Virus record (IMG/VR): IMGVR_UViG_3300050343_000277
Coordinates: 3,105 to 67,104 of that record
DNA length: 64,000 nucleotides
From: a virus
Direction: 5' to 3' (one strand)
Below the pieces are notes generated by a model. The model saw only the letters and a list, made by a program, of their open reading frames with translations, had not been told where the DNA came from and searched no databases. Shown one piece after another: positions 19,408 through 28,992 of this stretch (its first letter is position 1; each line of letters begins with the position of its first letter). The position numbers and the translations under genes are program-made.

Positions 19408-21595
19408 AGACTGCCGCAACAAAGAAAAGCAACCAGCTCAAGGCTGGTTAAACATTGAAGAAAGTCTCACATGGCTACGAGGGTGGGTGGAAGCTGGCTA
19501 CGGCTGGTGCGCCACTCATTTTGTTGGCAGGCACAGACGTGTTGATAATGCATCAGGCAGCAACTTAGTTGTCGTAGACATCGATGGTGACACTACCCTC
19601 GATGCATTTTGGAATACAGATACTGCCCGTAACTGGTGTGTTGCTACCTATACCACTGCTAGCCATACTCCAGATGAGCACAGGTTCCGTGCTTTGTTTC
19701 CGCTTGAGCTAGAACTCAAGACCACATCACAGCATCGTGGTGCTTACTGGCTTGTAGTCAACCGCCTTTTTGCTGACCTTGGCATTGAGACAATTAAAGA
19801 TAACTGCGGACAGAAGCCTGAGCGGCTTTGGTACGGCAACACCAAGGCTGAATGGCTTATCAATGCAGATGCATTAGTCCCTGAGTTTCTACTAACTGAT
19901 ATTGATTACGATGATCCAACAGACTTTGTTGCTTCAGACGTAACTAATGCAGACATCAAGCGTTGTCAGTGGTTACTAAGAAACTTCTTAGTACCATCAG
20001 AAGATGGCGAGTATGAAACTCGCTATGTACCTGTTATGGCTGCATGTGCAGCTATTGGTCAACCTGTATTTGATGACTGGGTTGACTGGGTATTGCGTGG
20101 ACATCACGGCGAGAAACGTGAGAATATTCAACCATTTAAATGGCGTGGTCTCGGTAATCATAGTGGACCTGCTAAGTTATACTCACTAGCGAAAAAACAA
20201 AGCAGTAGTTGGTCATCACAATTACCGCCAGAGTTACGCTTTGGTGCTGTTGGATCGGCGGTAGGCTACATAGAATTTGATGCTCTACCAAACTTTGATG
20301 ATGTAATTAATAACCTGGAGGTGAAATTGGATCCTGAATTTGAGCCCATACCTGATGCTTCTCAAGCTAAAAGGACAAAAGGTAGACCCAAACGTTCAGG
20401 CAGTGATGCTGCTAAAGAGCGCGAAGACGATGTAAAAAAGGTCAAAGAAATTTTGACTAACCTTCGTAAGAACGAACTTACAGGGGCAATTGAATATGAC
20501 GACGCTAATGGTAAAACCATTGAGCTTGAGGGTAATGACCTTGACTTAATGACTACCAAGCTTGCTTGCGAGCACGGAGTCTTCATTCCTGAAGCTCGTA
20601 TAAAAGCTGCTATTCAATACGCAGCTGGTAAGAACAGGTACTGCCCTATTAGACGTTACTTGGATTCTTGCTCCGCTCACGCCATCCCACATAAAGATTG
20701 GGATCGTATTGGTGAAGTGTTCTTAGGCAACAAAAATCATCTAGCAACTCTTGCCATGCAGCGCATGATGATTGGTGCAGTAGCTCGTGCTTATAACCCT
20801 GGCTGCTCTATGTCCTGGCTTCCAATCTTAGTTGGTGCTCAAGGTGTAGGTAAGTCAATGTTTAGCCGTAGCCTTGTTCCTGAAAAGCTCTTTGCTGAAG
20901 TCTCTACCCCATTAGAGACATTAATGAAGGAGCAGTACAGGCTGCACGTTGCTTGGTTGCTAGAGCTACCTGAGATTGACCACTTCTTCCAATCACGCAA
21001 CATCGAGAACTTCAAGAACTTAATTACAACACGTTGTGATGAAGTAAGAAGACCATATGCTAGTCTTCCTGAGCGACTTCTTCGTCGCTTTGTTATGATT
21101 GGCACGACTAATCGTAACCAGTTTCTCGTTGATAGTACAGGCAATCGACGCTTTGTACCTCTTGAGATCGGCAGCGGCTTCTTAATTCCTTGGAAGCAGA
21201 TTAGTGAAGAGCGTGATTCCCTTTGGGCATCAGCTGTTCAAGCTTATCGTGAAGGCAATTCATATGAATTCAATAGCGGTGAGATCGCTCAGATCGCTGA
21301 GTACATTCAAGAGTTTGGTGATCCAGACCCATGGATGGAGAAGATTAGTCATTACGTCAGTCTGAAGGAAGAGGTTTCAGCTGCTGAGGTTCTTACCAAA
21401 GCACTTGACCTTGACCCAAGACAACAAGGACGACGTGAATCTCGTCGAGTAGCTGATGTTTTACAAACACTTGGCTGGAGACGATTAAACACTTCACGCA
21501 AAGATCCAGTTACTAATAAGGTCAAATCAGTTCGACTATGGATTCGTCCTACTGACGATCCATTGACTGACGACCATATTCTCAACGACTTTTAA
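19382..21595 (+). CDS. primase-helicase (AEP-like primase + PriCT + VirE-family P-loop)
   Basis: VVDID, TASH..RFR; Walker A GAQGVGKS; GTTNR..L.D.TGNRRF. Confidence 0.88.
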   Translation: MKLRIAVHKDCRNKEKQPAQGWLNIEESLTWLRGWVEAGYGWCATHFVGRHRRVDNASGSNLVVVDIDGDTTLDAFWNTDTARNWCVATYTTASHTPDEHRFRALFPLELELKTTSQHRGAYWLVVNRLFADLGIETIKDNCGQKPERLWYGNTKAEWLINADALVPEFLLTDIDYDDPTDFVASDVTNADIKRCQWLLRNFLVPSEDGEYETRYVPVMAACAAIGQPVFDDWVDWVLRGHHGEKRENIQPFKWRGLGNHSGPAKLYSLAKKQSSSWSSQLPPELRFGAVGSAVGYIEFDALPNFDDVINNLEVKLDPEFEPIPDASQAKRTKGRPKRSGSDAAKEREDDVKKVKEILTNLRKNELTGAIEYDDANGKTIELEGNDLDLMTTKLACEHGVFIPEARIKAAIQYAAGKNRYCPIRRYLDSCSAHAIPHKDWDRIGEVFLGNKNHLATLAMQRMMIGAVARAYNPGCSMSWLPILVGAQGVGKSMFSRSLVPEKLFAEVSTPLETLMKEQYRLHVAWLLELPEIDHFFQSRNIENFKNLITTRCDEVRRPYASLPERLLRRFVMIGTTNRNQFLVDSTGNRRFVPLEIGSGFLIPWKQISEERDSLWASAVQAYREGNSYEFNSGEIAQIAEYIQEFGDPDPWMEKISHYVSLKEEVSAAEVLTKALDLDPRQQGRRESRRVADVLQTLGWRRLNTSRKDPVTNKVKSVRLWIRPTDDPLTDDHILNDF

Positions 21596-21615
21596 ACACT
21601 ATATATTCTTTTAAA

Positions 21616-21852
21616 ATGAAATCATCTGATATCCAAATTGGGTTGCGGGTTCGCGTGTCTTCTAATGACATGACAGCGCTTGTAGTAGGCAAGCCTGAGT
21701 ATTACACCCCCAACGCTAAACTAGTTCGTATAAAGTATGAAAATAGCACACGTTATGAATACATGATCAATCATCAGCTGACAGCGTTGCCTGAAGAAGA
21801 TCAATACCCTGCATTGGGTGGTACGTTTGTTAATTCACCTTCGAAGATATAG
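21616..21852 (+). CDS. small SH3/KOW-like protein
   Basis: IQIGLRVRV...TALVVG beta pattern. Confidence 0.55.
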   Translation: MKSSDIQIGLRVRVSSNDMTALVVGKPEYYTPNAKLVRIKYENSTRYEYMINHQLTALPEEDQYPALGGTFVNSPSKI

Positions 21853-21853
21853 T

Positions 21854-22669
21854 ATGGCCGAAGCAAAGCCTAATAAACGTGTAGGAGGGCATGCATACGG
21901 TAGACGCCATATGCAGCTATCTAACACTGCAGAAGAAGGTGAACTATGTATCTATAGCGGTCATTCGCTTGGACGATTTAGTTCACATTCAATGCGTTAT
22001 GACAGTCATCAAGCCTGTGTACGTTGCGTAGCATCAGCAAGAGAAGGAATGCTTTCCTTTGACATTGATCGCCTTCTTAAAAAGTATAGAAGCAAAGCAC
22101 TTAAGTTCTGGTCACAAGTAGATATTGGACAGCCTGATGAGTGCTGGATGTGGAATGGAGTAGTTAACCCTAGAACTAAGCAACCCCAGTTTGCTTGGCG
22201 TAGACCTGGTATCTCTACTTCTACTCAACATCATCCACAGCGTGTAGCAATGTGGTTCACATGGGGAGACTTAGGGTTTACAGGTGTCAAAACAACATGT
22301 GGTGAAAAGTATTGCTGTAATCCATTTCATTTGATACCGCAACATGTTGGAGTGTTTGTAGACCAAGACAGCTACGTCGATTCATTTGAACTTGCTTGCC
22401 AGTTACATACGTTGCGGCAACAAGTTGCTGAGTATGTAATTGAAGAAGCAATTAAAGAAGAACAAAAGAAAGACGATACGGCAGAGATCGAAGCAAGAGC
22501 AGCGCTTTTACTAGATCCAAATACGCAGTATGTAGATAGGTTCGAAGCTGTAATGACCGACATTTTAGCTGGCAAACATATCTCACAAACTGAACCTTCT
22601 AACCCTGGATTGTTTCGTGCTCCAACTGATAACGAGGAGAACGATGAAAACCCCACAGAAGAATTTTAA
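21854..22669 (+). CDS. HNH-like Zn-binding protein with degenerate active site
   Basis: FWSQVD..ECWMWNG...QRVAM...TCGEKYCCNPFHL; catalytic His not evident. Confidence 0.65.
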   Translation: MAEAKPNKRVGGHAYGRRHMQLSNTAEEGELCIYSGHSLGRFSSHSMRYDSHQACVRCVASAREGMLSFDIDRLLKKYRSKALKFWSQVDIGQPDECWMWNGVVNPRTKQPQFAWRRPGISTSTQHHPQRVAMWFTWGDLGFTGVKTTCGEKYCCNPFHLIPQHVGVFVDQDSYVDSFELACQLHTLRQQVAEYVIEEAIKEEQKKDDTAEIEARAALLLDPNTQYVDRFEAVMTDILAGKHISQTEPSNPGLFRAPTDNEENDENPTEEF

Positions 22670-22701
22670 ATTACTTATCCTAAACAAAGAGTCATTCAAT
22701 T

Positions 22702-23124
22702 ATGTCTAGACGTACAGATTTACTTCAGCAACTTTTACAATCCGATAAATTCGGTGAAGAAAAAGATAACGAGCAAAAGTTTTTAGCCGCTACTGCTGAG
22801 CTTATTCTTACAGACTTAATTAACGTCGCAATGAATGGAGTTCAAGCCAAAGGCGCAGGCTCCTTAGTTATTAATCTAGTTAACGACTCCACAACATACA
22901 TGTCTGGGCATGATGTTGAATCTGATTTAGTCTCCGCTGAACGCGAAGAGGATTCAGAAATCGTGGAGTTTCTTCGTTCGCTGATTGAAGAAATTGATGA
23001 GAATGACTGGTCTAAAAACGTATTAATTACATTGATCAGTGATGCTGGAACAAGAACATTTAGTCTCGAAGCAGGAGGGGGCCAAGAAAGCCTCCGAGCG
23101 ATCACAGCAGAATTTAGCGGATAA
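22702..23124 (+). CDS. acidic hypothetical protein
   Basis: 140-aa ORF. Confidence 0.75.
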   Translation: MSRRTDLLQQLLQSDKFGEEKDNEQKFLAATAELILTDLINVAMNGVQAKGAGSLVINLVNDSTTYMSGHDVESDLVSAEREEDSEIVEFLRSLIEEIDENDWSKNVLITLISDAGTRTFSLEAGGGQESLRAITAEFSG

Positions 23125-23710
23125 GCTAAAAGCTTCTGGATTAAAACTGCCTCTATACCCAACACCTCAAATTATTGAGCGAGCACGATCAGTGATGGGA
23201 TCAATTGACTTTGATCCTACTTCTGATCCTGTACAGCAAGTGCTTGTAGACGCTACGTCAGTTCCATCTGTCGAAGCTAATCCATTGCAAGAACATTGGC
23301 ATGGCAACGTCTTTGTAGCTCCTAAAGGTGCTGTACGGACTACAAGGATATGGCTAAACAAAACCATTAATGAGTACCGCAATCATCACATTAATAGCTT
23401 TGTGTTCTTTACTAATGCATCTGAAATATTACGAGGCGCTCCTGCACTGCTTGACTATCCCTTCTGCATTCCATTTAAACGTGTCAAGCAGCTGCGAGCA
23501 ACGGCAAAAGGCTTTGAGCCTGTATGCCCGTCAACATGGAACTTGATTGTTTACGGACCTCCTGTCGATGTAACGATTACATCAGTGGATAAGGTTTCAC
23601 TTTTTTATAATACTTTCCGGGACATCGGAAGAGTAGTATTAAATGAGTTCACTGGTGATTCCTGGCAAAGAGATCTCGAATATTACGAAGAACGCAAAGG
23701 TAATGTCTGA
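23042..23710 (+). CDS. phage N6-adenine methyltransferase-like protein, NPPY motif absent
   Basis: YPTP.IIERARSVMGSIDFDPTS...WHGNVFVAPKG. Confidence 0.65.
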   Translation: MLEQEHLVSKQEGAKKASERSQQNLADKLKASGLKLPLYPTPQIIERARSVMGSIDFDPTSDPVQQVLVDATSVPSVEANPLQEHWHGNVFVAPKGAVRTTRIWLNKTINEYRNHHINSFVFFTNASEILRGAPALLDYPFCIPFKRVKQLRATAKGFEPVCPSTWNLIVYGPPVDVTITSVDKVSLFYNTFRDIGRVVLNEFTGDSWQRDLEYYEERKGNV

Positions 23711-24129
23711 TGGTTAAGCATCTTTCGACTGCGTCCTTTTTGACCTTACCTTCAGGGAACCAAGTGCATCCCTCTCGTTTAATTCATAGAGACGGGACAA
23801 TCATGTGGAAGCATGCTCTTATATCCCCATACAATGAACTATTTCTACCTGAAACTGAAGCGCATGAAGCTCATATCATCAAGACTGCAGCTCGACTTGA
23901 AGAGCTTAATTGCTGGGCATCACAAGGATTAGAACCTTGGGACTGCTTAATTCCTTTGATGTGGTACATCCCAGTGCATCAGCACCTTCCCTTTGCAGAA
24001 GGTTATGCATGCACGTTCAAACACGCCTCTATAGACACTAAAACTGTGTTAGAAAAAATCCGCCCACATATTCAAGAGTTCGAATCTCTCTCACATGCAG
24101 ACGGTGACCTTTACTTTCAACGATGTTAG
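23710..24129 (+). CDS. hypothetical protein, weak peptidase M15-like resemblance
   Basis: IIKTAARLEEL...MWYIP...GYACTF pattern without the Zn ligands. Confidence 0.45.
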   Translation: MVKHLSTASFLTLPSGNQVHPSRLIHRDGTIMWKHALISPYNELFLPETEAHEAHIIKTAARLEELNCWASQGLEPWDCLIPLMWYIPVHQHLPFAEGYACTFKHASIDTKTVLEKIRPHIQEFESLSHADGDLYFQRC

Positions 24130-24150
24130 CCGGCTAACGCCGGCCATTTG

Positions 24151-24504
24151 TTAGTCGAGTTTATCGATAAGACGATTTAGATACCAAACCGCTTTCTCAC
24201 AGTCTTGCTTAGGGTTGTCCTTAAGCCATACACGCAAAAGATACTTCAAAGCTTGGCCTTGTAGATATCCTTCTGCGTTGCTAGGTGCATCAGCAATGGC
24301 TTGCTCAATAATGTCAATGACTTCTTGACTGCCTCGTGTGTAATGCGCTGGACTATTGACCATATCTTGCTTGCCATACTTATCACGAACATCCAGCCAG
24401 GCCAAGGATTTTTTGTTTATTGATTCATATGGCATACGATTCATATTATATTCTTCGAATTCGTCATATTCTTTTTTGAACCTGTCGTAATTCATATGTC
24501 TCAT
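24151..24504 (-). CDS. DUF3310 family protein
   Basis: DMVNSPAHYT.G..EVID, G.ALKYL.R and D..KAVWYL.R motifs. Confidence 0.85.
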   Translation of the reverse strand: MRHMNYDRFKKEYDEFEEYNMNRMPYESINKKSLAWLDVRDKYGKQDMVNSPAHYTRGSQEVIDIIEQAIADAPSNAEGYLQGQALKYLLRVWLKDNPKQDCEKAVWYLNRLIDKLD

Positions 24505-24554
24505 TTATTAATTCACTTATCTAATATAGAAACAACCGACTCAATATGTGAGAT

Positions 24555-25142
24555 ATGCCTGCACCAAAGTCAGACCCAACATTTATCAAAAACAAGGATA
24601 AATACTTTATGGATCTTGCTAAGCAAGTATCTACAGGCAGTACACACCCAATTGCTCCTGGCGGATGTGTAATTATCCGTGATCGAGAGATTTGCGGTGA
24701 TGGCAGAAGTATCCTGGCTGACTGCAAAGTAGAGCTGGACTGCATTACATATGCTATTGCCACTGCCTGTAAACGTGGCACACCTATCACTGGTGCAGTT
24801 ATTTACTCCACACGATACCCATTCTCTGCGTCCGTCTTTCAGCTTTATCTGATGGGCATTCGCAAAATTATCGTCCTAGCTCACGAATGGGAGCCTTATT
24901 ACAAGGACGAATTTAGACGTGCAGCACGATTGGCACGAGAACTTTTTATATCCATTGAACCACTATTTGACGATGCAGACGAACGCTTTGAAAACAACAA
25001 TCAAGCTCCTAGATTCGATGACAGGGAACAACAATTCCAAGACAAAGATCTCTACACGCATAGCCCGACAGAATCAAGCAGTTTCGATGCTTCACAATAT
25101 GACGAACAAATCAATGAAAACAACAACAGCACTTCTATTTGA
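24555..25142 (+). CDS. dCMP/cytidine deaminase-fold protein, Zn motifs degenerate
   Basis: YFMDLA...ST....GCVII.D; HAE replaced by DCI; PCxxC replaced by PFSAS; GIRKII. Confidence 0.7.
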   Translation: MPAPKSDPTFIKNKDKYFMDLAKQVSTGSTHPIAPGGCVIIRDREICGDGRSILADCKVELDCITYAIATACKRGTPITGAVIYSTRYPFSASVFQLYLMGIRKIIVLAHEWEPYYKDEFRRAARLARELFISIEPLFDDADERFENNNQAPRFDDREQQFQDKDLYTHSPTESSSFDASQYDEQINENNNSTSI

Positions 25143-25641
25143 CCTTGAATCTACTGGCCTCTTGCGTCGTGGTTCTAAAATTCATTGCATTGTTGCACGT
25201 GACTTAAGTCAATCTGACAAGCCACTTGTATGGGATGCTCCGCGCTTAGATCTTGATGATGGCATTGAAAGCCTACGCCAAGCTGATGTACTTATTGGAC
25301 ACAATATAATTGGCTATGACATTCCTCTAATTAAAGAGACATACGACTTTGACTATCAAGGTCAAGTCATTGACACTCTTGTACTTAGCAGGTTGTTCTA
25401 TCCACATATTGCTGACCGTGATCACGAACGTCGGCCAATCGGTATGCCACAAAAGCTCTATGGCCGTCATAGCCTAGAAGCATGGGGCTATCGCCTTAAG
25501 TGTTTTAAAGGTGACTTCGGTAAGCACGAAGCTGCTTGGGATGTTTACACCCCAGAAATGCTTGATTACTGTATTCAAGATACAGAAGTAACTGTAAAAC
25601 TATATGAGCTCATGCTCCGCAGGATGAATGATTATGCCTAA
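25114..25641 (+). CDS. 3'-5' exonuclease domain of T7-like DNA polymerase A (stand-alone)
   Basis: FDLESTGL (Exo I), GHNIIGYD (Exo II), HSLEAWGYRL and YCIQD (Exo III); ATG 25114. Confidence 0.92.
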   Translation: MKTTTALLFDLESTGLLRRGSKIHCIVARDLSQSDKPLVWDAPRLDLDDGIESLRQADVLIGHNIIGYDIPLIKETYDFDYQGQVIDTLVLSRLFYPHIADRDHERRPIGMPQKLYGRHSLEAWGYRLKCFKGDFGKHEAAWDVYTPEMLDYCIQDTEVTVKLYELMLRRMNDYA

Positions 25642-25867
25642 GAAAACTGATCCATTAACTAAAAAAGAGATGCAAGTTGCTGCTAAAGAGTTTTATGAAC
25701 TCTTTTCAGTAGTACGTGCTGTTATGCCTGATGAAACAACAGTTGAAGATTCTCTCAAGATCATGGAGAATGTAGCGAAGCTTGCACAGAAGAAGCGAGC
25801 AGACGAACGCGAAAAAGAAGTGACTGAAAAATTTGGATTCAATAAGGAGAAACCTGACAATGCTTGA
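25634..25867 (+). CDS. small charged protein between the PolA halves
   Basis: 77 aa; overlaps both neighbours by 8 nt. Confidence 0.7.
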   Translation: MPKKTDPLTKKEMQVAAKEFYELFSVVRAVMPDETTVEDSLKIMENVAKLAQKKRADEREKEVTEKFGFNKEKPDNA

Positions 25868-27161
25868 TTGTGTACATCTTGAAATGCGTATGGCTGAGAT
25901 CATGTCTCAGCAAGAAGCATCAGGATTCCGTTTTGACGTACAAGCTGCAGAACGTGTACGTAATGAACTCTCTGCAGAGATGCAGGACCTAGAAGCAGCA
26001 ATTATCAAGCGCTTCCCTTATGTTCCTGGGAAAGTGTTTACGCCTAAGAGACAGAACAAAGCAAAGGGCTATGTAGCCGGTGCCCCTTTCACCAAGCTGC
26101 TTGACTTCAACCCCACTAGCAGACTGAACATTGCATGGGCGCTGCAGCAATTCCGTGGTGCTCGCTTCACACGTCTGACCGACAGCGGTAAGCCCAAGGT
26201 TGATGAAGCCTGCCTAGCTGAGATCCGTGACCTTGCACTGCAGCAAAAGAACGAACTGCTGCATGAAGAATGCGAGATGTTCATACGTCTGCTCACATTG
26301 CAGAAGTGGCTAGGGCAGCTCTCTGAAGGTGCTAACTCCTGGTTCAACACTATTGAGCAGGACAACTGCATCCATCACAGCTGCAGCCTCGCTACGCAGA
26401 CAGGGAGGAACGCACACCGTGGTCCCAACCTGGGCCAAGTTGTATCTGCACCGTGGGCGCGGCAGCTGTTTATTCCGCACCCTGGCCACGTCATGGTCGG
26501 AGCTGACTTAGAAGGACTGGAACTTCGGGCGTTAGGGCACTACCTATCTGTCTTTGATGAGGGGGCCTTTGCTGACGTTGTCCTTAACGGTGATATTCAT
26601 CAGCAGAACGCAGACCGTGTGGGTTGCACACGTAAGGAAGTCAAGACGCTCACCTATGCGTTTATCTACGGCGCAGGTGACGTGAAGATGGGGCACAGCC
26701 TCAGTCCTGAACTGTCTGACCCACAGAAGAAGCAGCTAGGTCAAGAGCTGCGACGCAAATTTCTTGACGCTATCCCTGGTTTGGAGCCCCTTATCGATGC
26801 TGTTAAACAAAAAGTCCGTGATACCGGTCGTCTTAGGGGCCTCGATGGCCGCCCTATTTTCTGTCGCGCAGAGCATGCGTCACTCAACTATTTACTCCAG
26901 TCATGTGGAGCCATACTCAGCAAGCGTTGGGTGGTAGTTGGGCAAGACTTGCTTAACCAAGCAGGGCTTACATACGACCGTGACTACACACGCTGTGCCT
27001 ATGTGCACGATGAAGTTCAACTCTCTGTTGTACCAACTGAAGCTGATCATGTAGCAGAAATACTTGTCAAAGCTGCTCCTATTGCTGGACAGTATTACAA
27101 GTTTCGTGTGCCTATTACTGCTGCTTCTGATACTGGATCAAGTTGGCAAGATACACATTAA
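25860..27161 (+). CDS. polA: DNA polymerase A, polymerase domain
   Basis: Motif A DLEGLELR, motif B KTLTYAFIYG, motif C VHDE; ATG 25860. Confidence 0.95.
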   Translation: MLDCVHLEMRMAEIMSQQEASGFRFDVQAAERVRNELSAEMQDLEAAIIKRFPYVPGKVFTPKRQNKAKGYVAGAPFTKLLDFNPTSRLNIAWALQQFRGARFTRLTDSGKPKVDEACLAEIRDLALQQKNELLHEECEMFIRLLTLQKWLGQLSEGANSWFNTIEQDNCIHHSCSLATQTGRNAHRGPNLGQVVSAPWARQLFIPHPGHVMVGADLEGLELRALGHYLSVFDEGAFADVVLNGDIHQQNADRVGCTRKEVKTLTYAFIYGAGDVKMGHSLSPELSDPQKKQLGQELRRKFLDAIPGLEPLIDAVKQKVRDTGRLRGLDGRPIFCRAEHASLNYLLQSCGAILSKRWVVVGQDLLNQAGLTYDRDYTRCAYVHDEVQLSVVPTEADHVAEILVKAAPIAGQYYKFRVPITAASDTGSSWQDTH

Positions 27162-27186
27162 ACTCTCTCTCTACTTCAAAATTAAA

Positions 27187-27435
27187 ATGAATGCTTTAAA
27201 AATCCTATTTGCTGTGTATGGTCTAGGTGTTTCAGCAGTCTCTGCTTATGGATTATTTGCATTAGATATGCCTGCACTAGAGCATGCTGTTTTGTCAGGA
27301 TCTGCGAGAGCTGAGCAGCGTCATAGAACAAACGTTGCTGCTGAAGGGACTTGGTTATTGCTAGGTAATTTAATTACTGTCTGTAGTATTGTGGCTGTGC
27401 CATTCCGCCACGATAGTAAGGATGGCCAGGCTTAA
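27187..27435 (+). CDS. small two-TM membrane protein
   Basis: Two hydrophobic segments from ATG 27187. Confidence 0.55.
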   Translation: MNALKILFAVYGLGVSAVSAYGLFALDMPALEHAVLSGSARAEQRHRTNVAAEGTWLLLGNLITVCSIVAVPFRHDSKDGQA

Positions 27436-28144
27436 GTTCTCCGATCTCTTGTTCAGTCCCCCTTGGGTATTTATTAGCCCATCCAACGTCATCTAGCCCT
27501 CTAAATGCCATATTTCCTACAGATTCACCTGCATTTATTAAATCTACTTTGCCAATATTTTCGATAAATTTGTTTCCATGCCAAGCCATGTCTCGTGTGT
27601 CATATGGTTCTCCCACAGTAACTTTATTATCTAATCCAGGCCTTCCAATGAATTGTCCTACGATACCTCCACCTTGAATGTTGCTTGGGAATCGTGTCTC
27701 TTGATAATTAGGTTCACCTAAGCCGTGGATTAGCATCCCATCTCTGACAGAAGCACCATCAATTTGCTCTTGAAGTCTTTGACTTGTTTCTGGACTTCTT
27801 AATGGTCTAAATGGCATTCCCAAAGGACCTGCTGCATATTTACCAGCTGTTACAAGTGCTTCATTTGTAGAATTAATTGTAGGAACTGGGATTAATCCTT
27901 TGTCTGGAACCTCATTTATATAAGAAGTTATTGGACTCTTTCGATCTGCTTCACTAAATCTATCTTTTCCACTTATAAAAGGCTGAGGACCGGCTTTACG
28001 TACACTTGTTGTTTGTATGGCTTTTTCTCCATAAGGAAGTTGACCACCAACAGCTCGATCTAAAGCATTATACGCATTATTTAGATTTTGATATACATTT
28101 GATCCCTGCCTATTCAAATCTAGAATTACTTTTATAATATCCAT
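27374..28144 (-). CDS. hypothetical protein
   Basis: 256-aa ORF. Confidence 0.75.
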   Translation of the reverse strand: MDIIKVILDLNRQGSNVYQNLNNAYNALDRAVGGQLPYGEKAIQTTSVRKAGPQPFISGKDRFSEADRKSPITSYINEVPDKGLIPVPTINSTNEALVTAGKYAAGPLGMPFRPLRSPETSQRLQEQIDGASVRDGMLIHGLGEPNYQETRFPSNIQGGGIVGQFIGRPGLDNKVTVGEPYDTRDMAWHGNKFIENIGKVDLINAGESVGNMAFRGLDDVGWANKYPRGTEQEIGELKPGHPYYRGGMAQPQYYRQ

Positions 28145-28193
28145 TTATCTTAATTTTGTACAGTAGTAATACTTCAATGATACAATTAAGTCT

Positions 28194-28379
28194 ATGGAAG
28201 AGACTGAAATTACATTTACAATGAATGAGCGTTCAGTACGAGCGCTTCATTCTGCTGTTGTCTTTACTTTAGATAAGTGGGCCGGACAAGGAGAACTTGA
28301 CCAAGAATGCTTGCTGGGTATTAAACCAGCACTACAAGGATGTGTATTTGAATTCGATTTCAATAGACCCACAAAGTAA
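28194..28379 (+). CDS. hypothetical protein
   Basis: 61-aa ORF after TACAAT. Confidence 0.65.
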   Translation: MEETEITFTMNERSVRALHSAVVFTLDKWAGQGELDQECLLGIKPALQGCVFEFDFNRPTK

Positions 28380-28381
28380 GA

Positions 28382-28636
28382 ATGACCAATAAATCACTGT
28401 ATATATACAGAGTAAAGGATCGCTGTATAACTCATGATGGGTATATTCAAATTGGAATCTTCAACCATTCAGTTGAGAAACATTTTGAACTATGCCCTGA
28501 AATAAACTGGCTAGAAACCTATTGGCTACCTGATGTTTTTGCTAATAGGTATAAACGAGCCTCGTTTCAAGCAACTGCTCGCAAAGCGGGTGGTAAAGAT
28601 GTAATTGAAGAAAGGCCTAGAGATTTCCCAGGCTAA
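28382..28636 (+). CDS. hypothetical protein
   Basis: 84-aa ORF. Confidence 0.65.
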   Translation: MTNKSLYIYRVKDRCITHDGYIQIGIFNHSVEKHFELCPEINWLETYWLPDVFANRYKRASFQATARKAGGKDVIEERPRDFPG

Positions 28637-28661
28637 TCGATCAATTGCTACACTAGTAATA

Positions 28662-28718
28662 CGTTCATCTCAACATATAGTTGAGACGCAAGTAAGCAAG
28701 TTAAGTGCTGAAGGAACG
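28662..28718 (+). ncRNA. glutamine riboswitch (glnA RNA motif, class I)
   Basis: CGTTC-A-TCTCAAC(loop)GTTGAGA-CGCAAGTA-AGCA(loop)TGCT-GAAG-GAACG three-way junction; -10-like TACACT at 28649-28654. Confidence 0.85.
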
Positions 28719-28746
28719 GGAAATTTCCCCTCATTAGGAGTTTCCA

Positions 28747-28929
28747 ATGTCTAACATTCAAGTCATGAGCATTGAATCTGCTCGCAAAAAAATGGCGCGT
28801 GCTCGTAAAGAGCTTGAGCTTGCCAAAATCAACGATACCGTTTATCGCGGTACTCGTTATTCAATCCACCACGAACCAGCAGAGACTCACGGCACCTTTG
28901 TATACCGTGGGCGTACATACACTAAGTAG
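28747..28929 (+). CDS. DUF4278-like small protein
   Basis: Two YRG motifs (VYRGTRY, VYRGRTY); AGGAG Shine-Dalgarno; terminator at 28937-28959. Confidence 0.75.
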   Translation: MSNIQVMSIESARKKMARARKELELAKINDTVYRGTRYSIHHEPAETHGTFVYRGRTYTK

Positions 28930-28992
28930 TGTTTAAGCCCCACATATTAGGGGCATTTTATTTATACTTATAAAGTCCAATGTACATTATGA

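Noticed and set aside
25628-25867. Intron, intein or frameshift joining the PolA halves
   Set aside because: No group I/II or intein motifs, no slippery heptamer; each ORF has its own coupled ATG.
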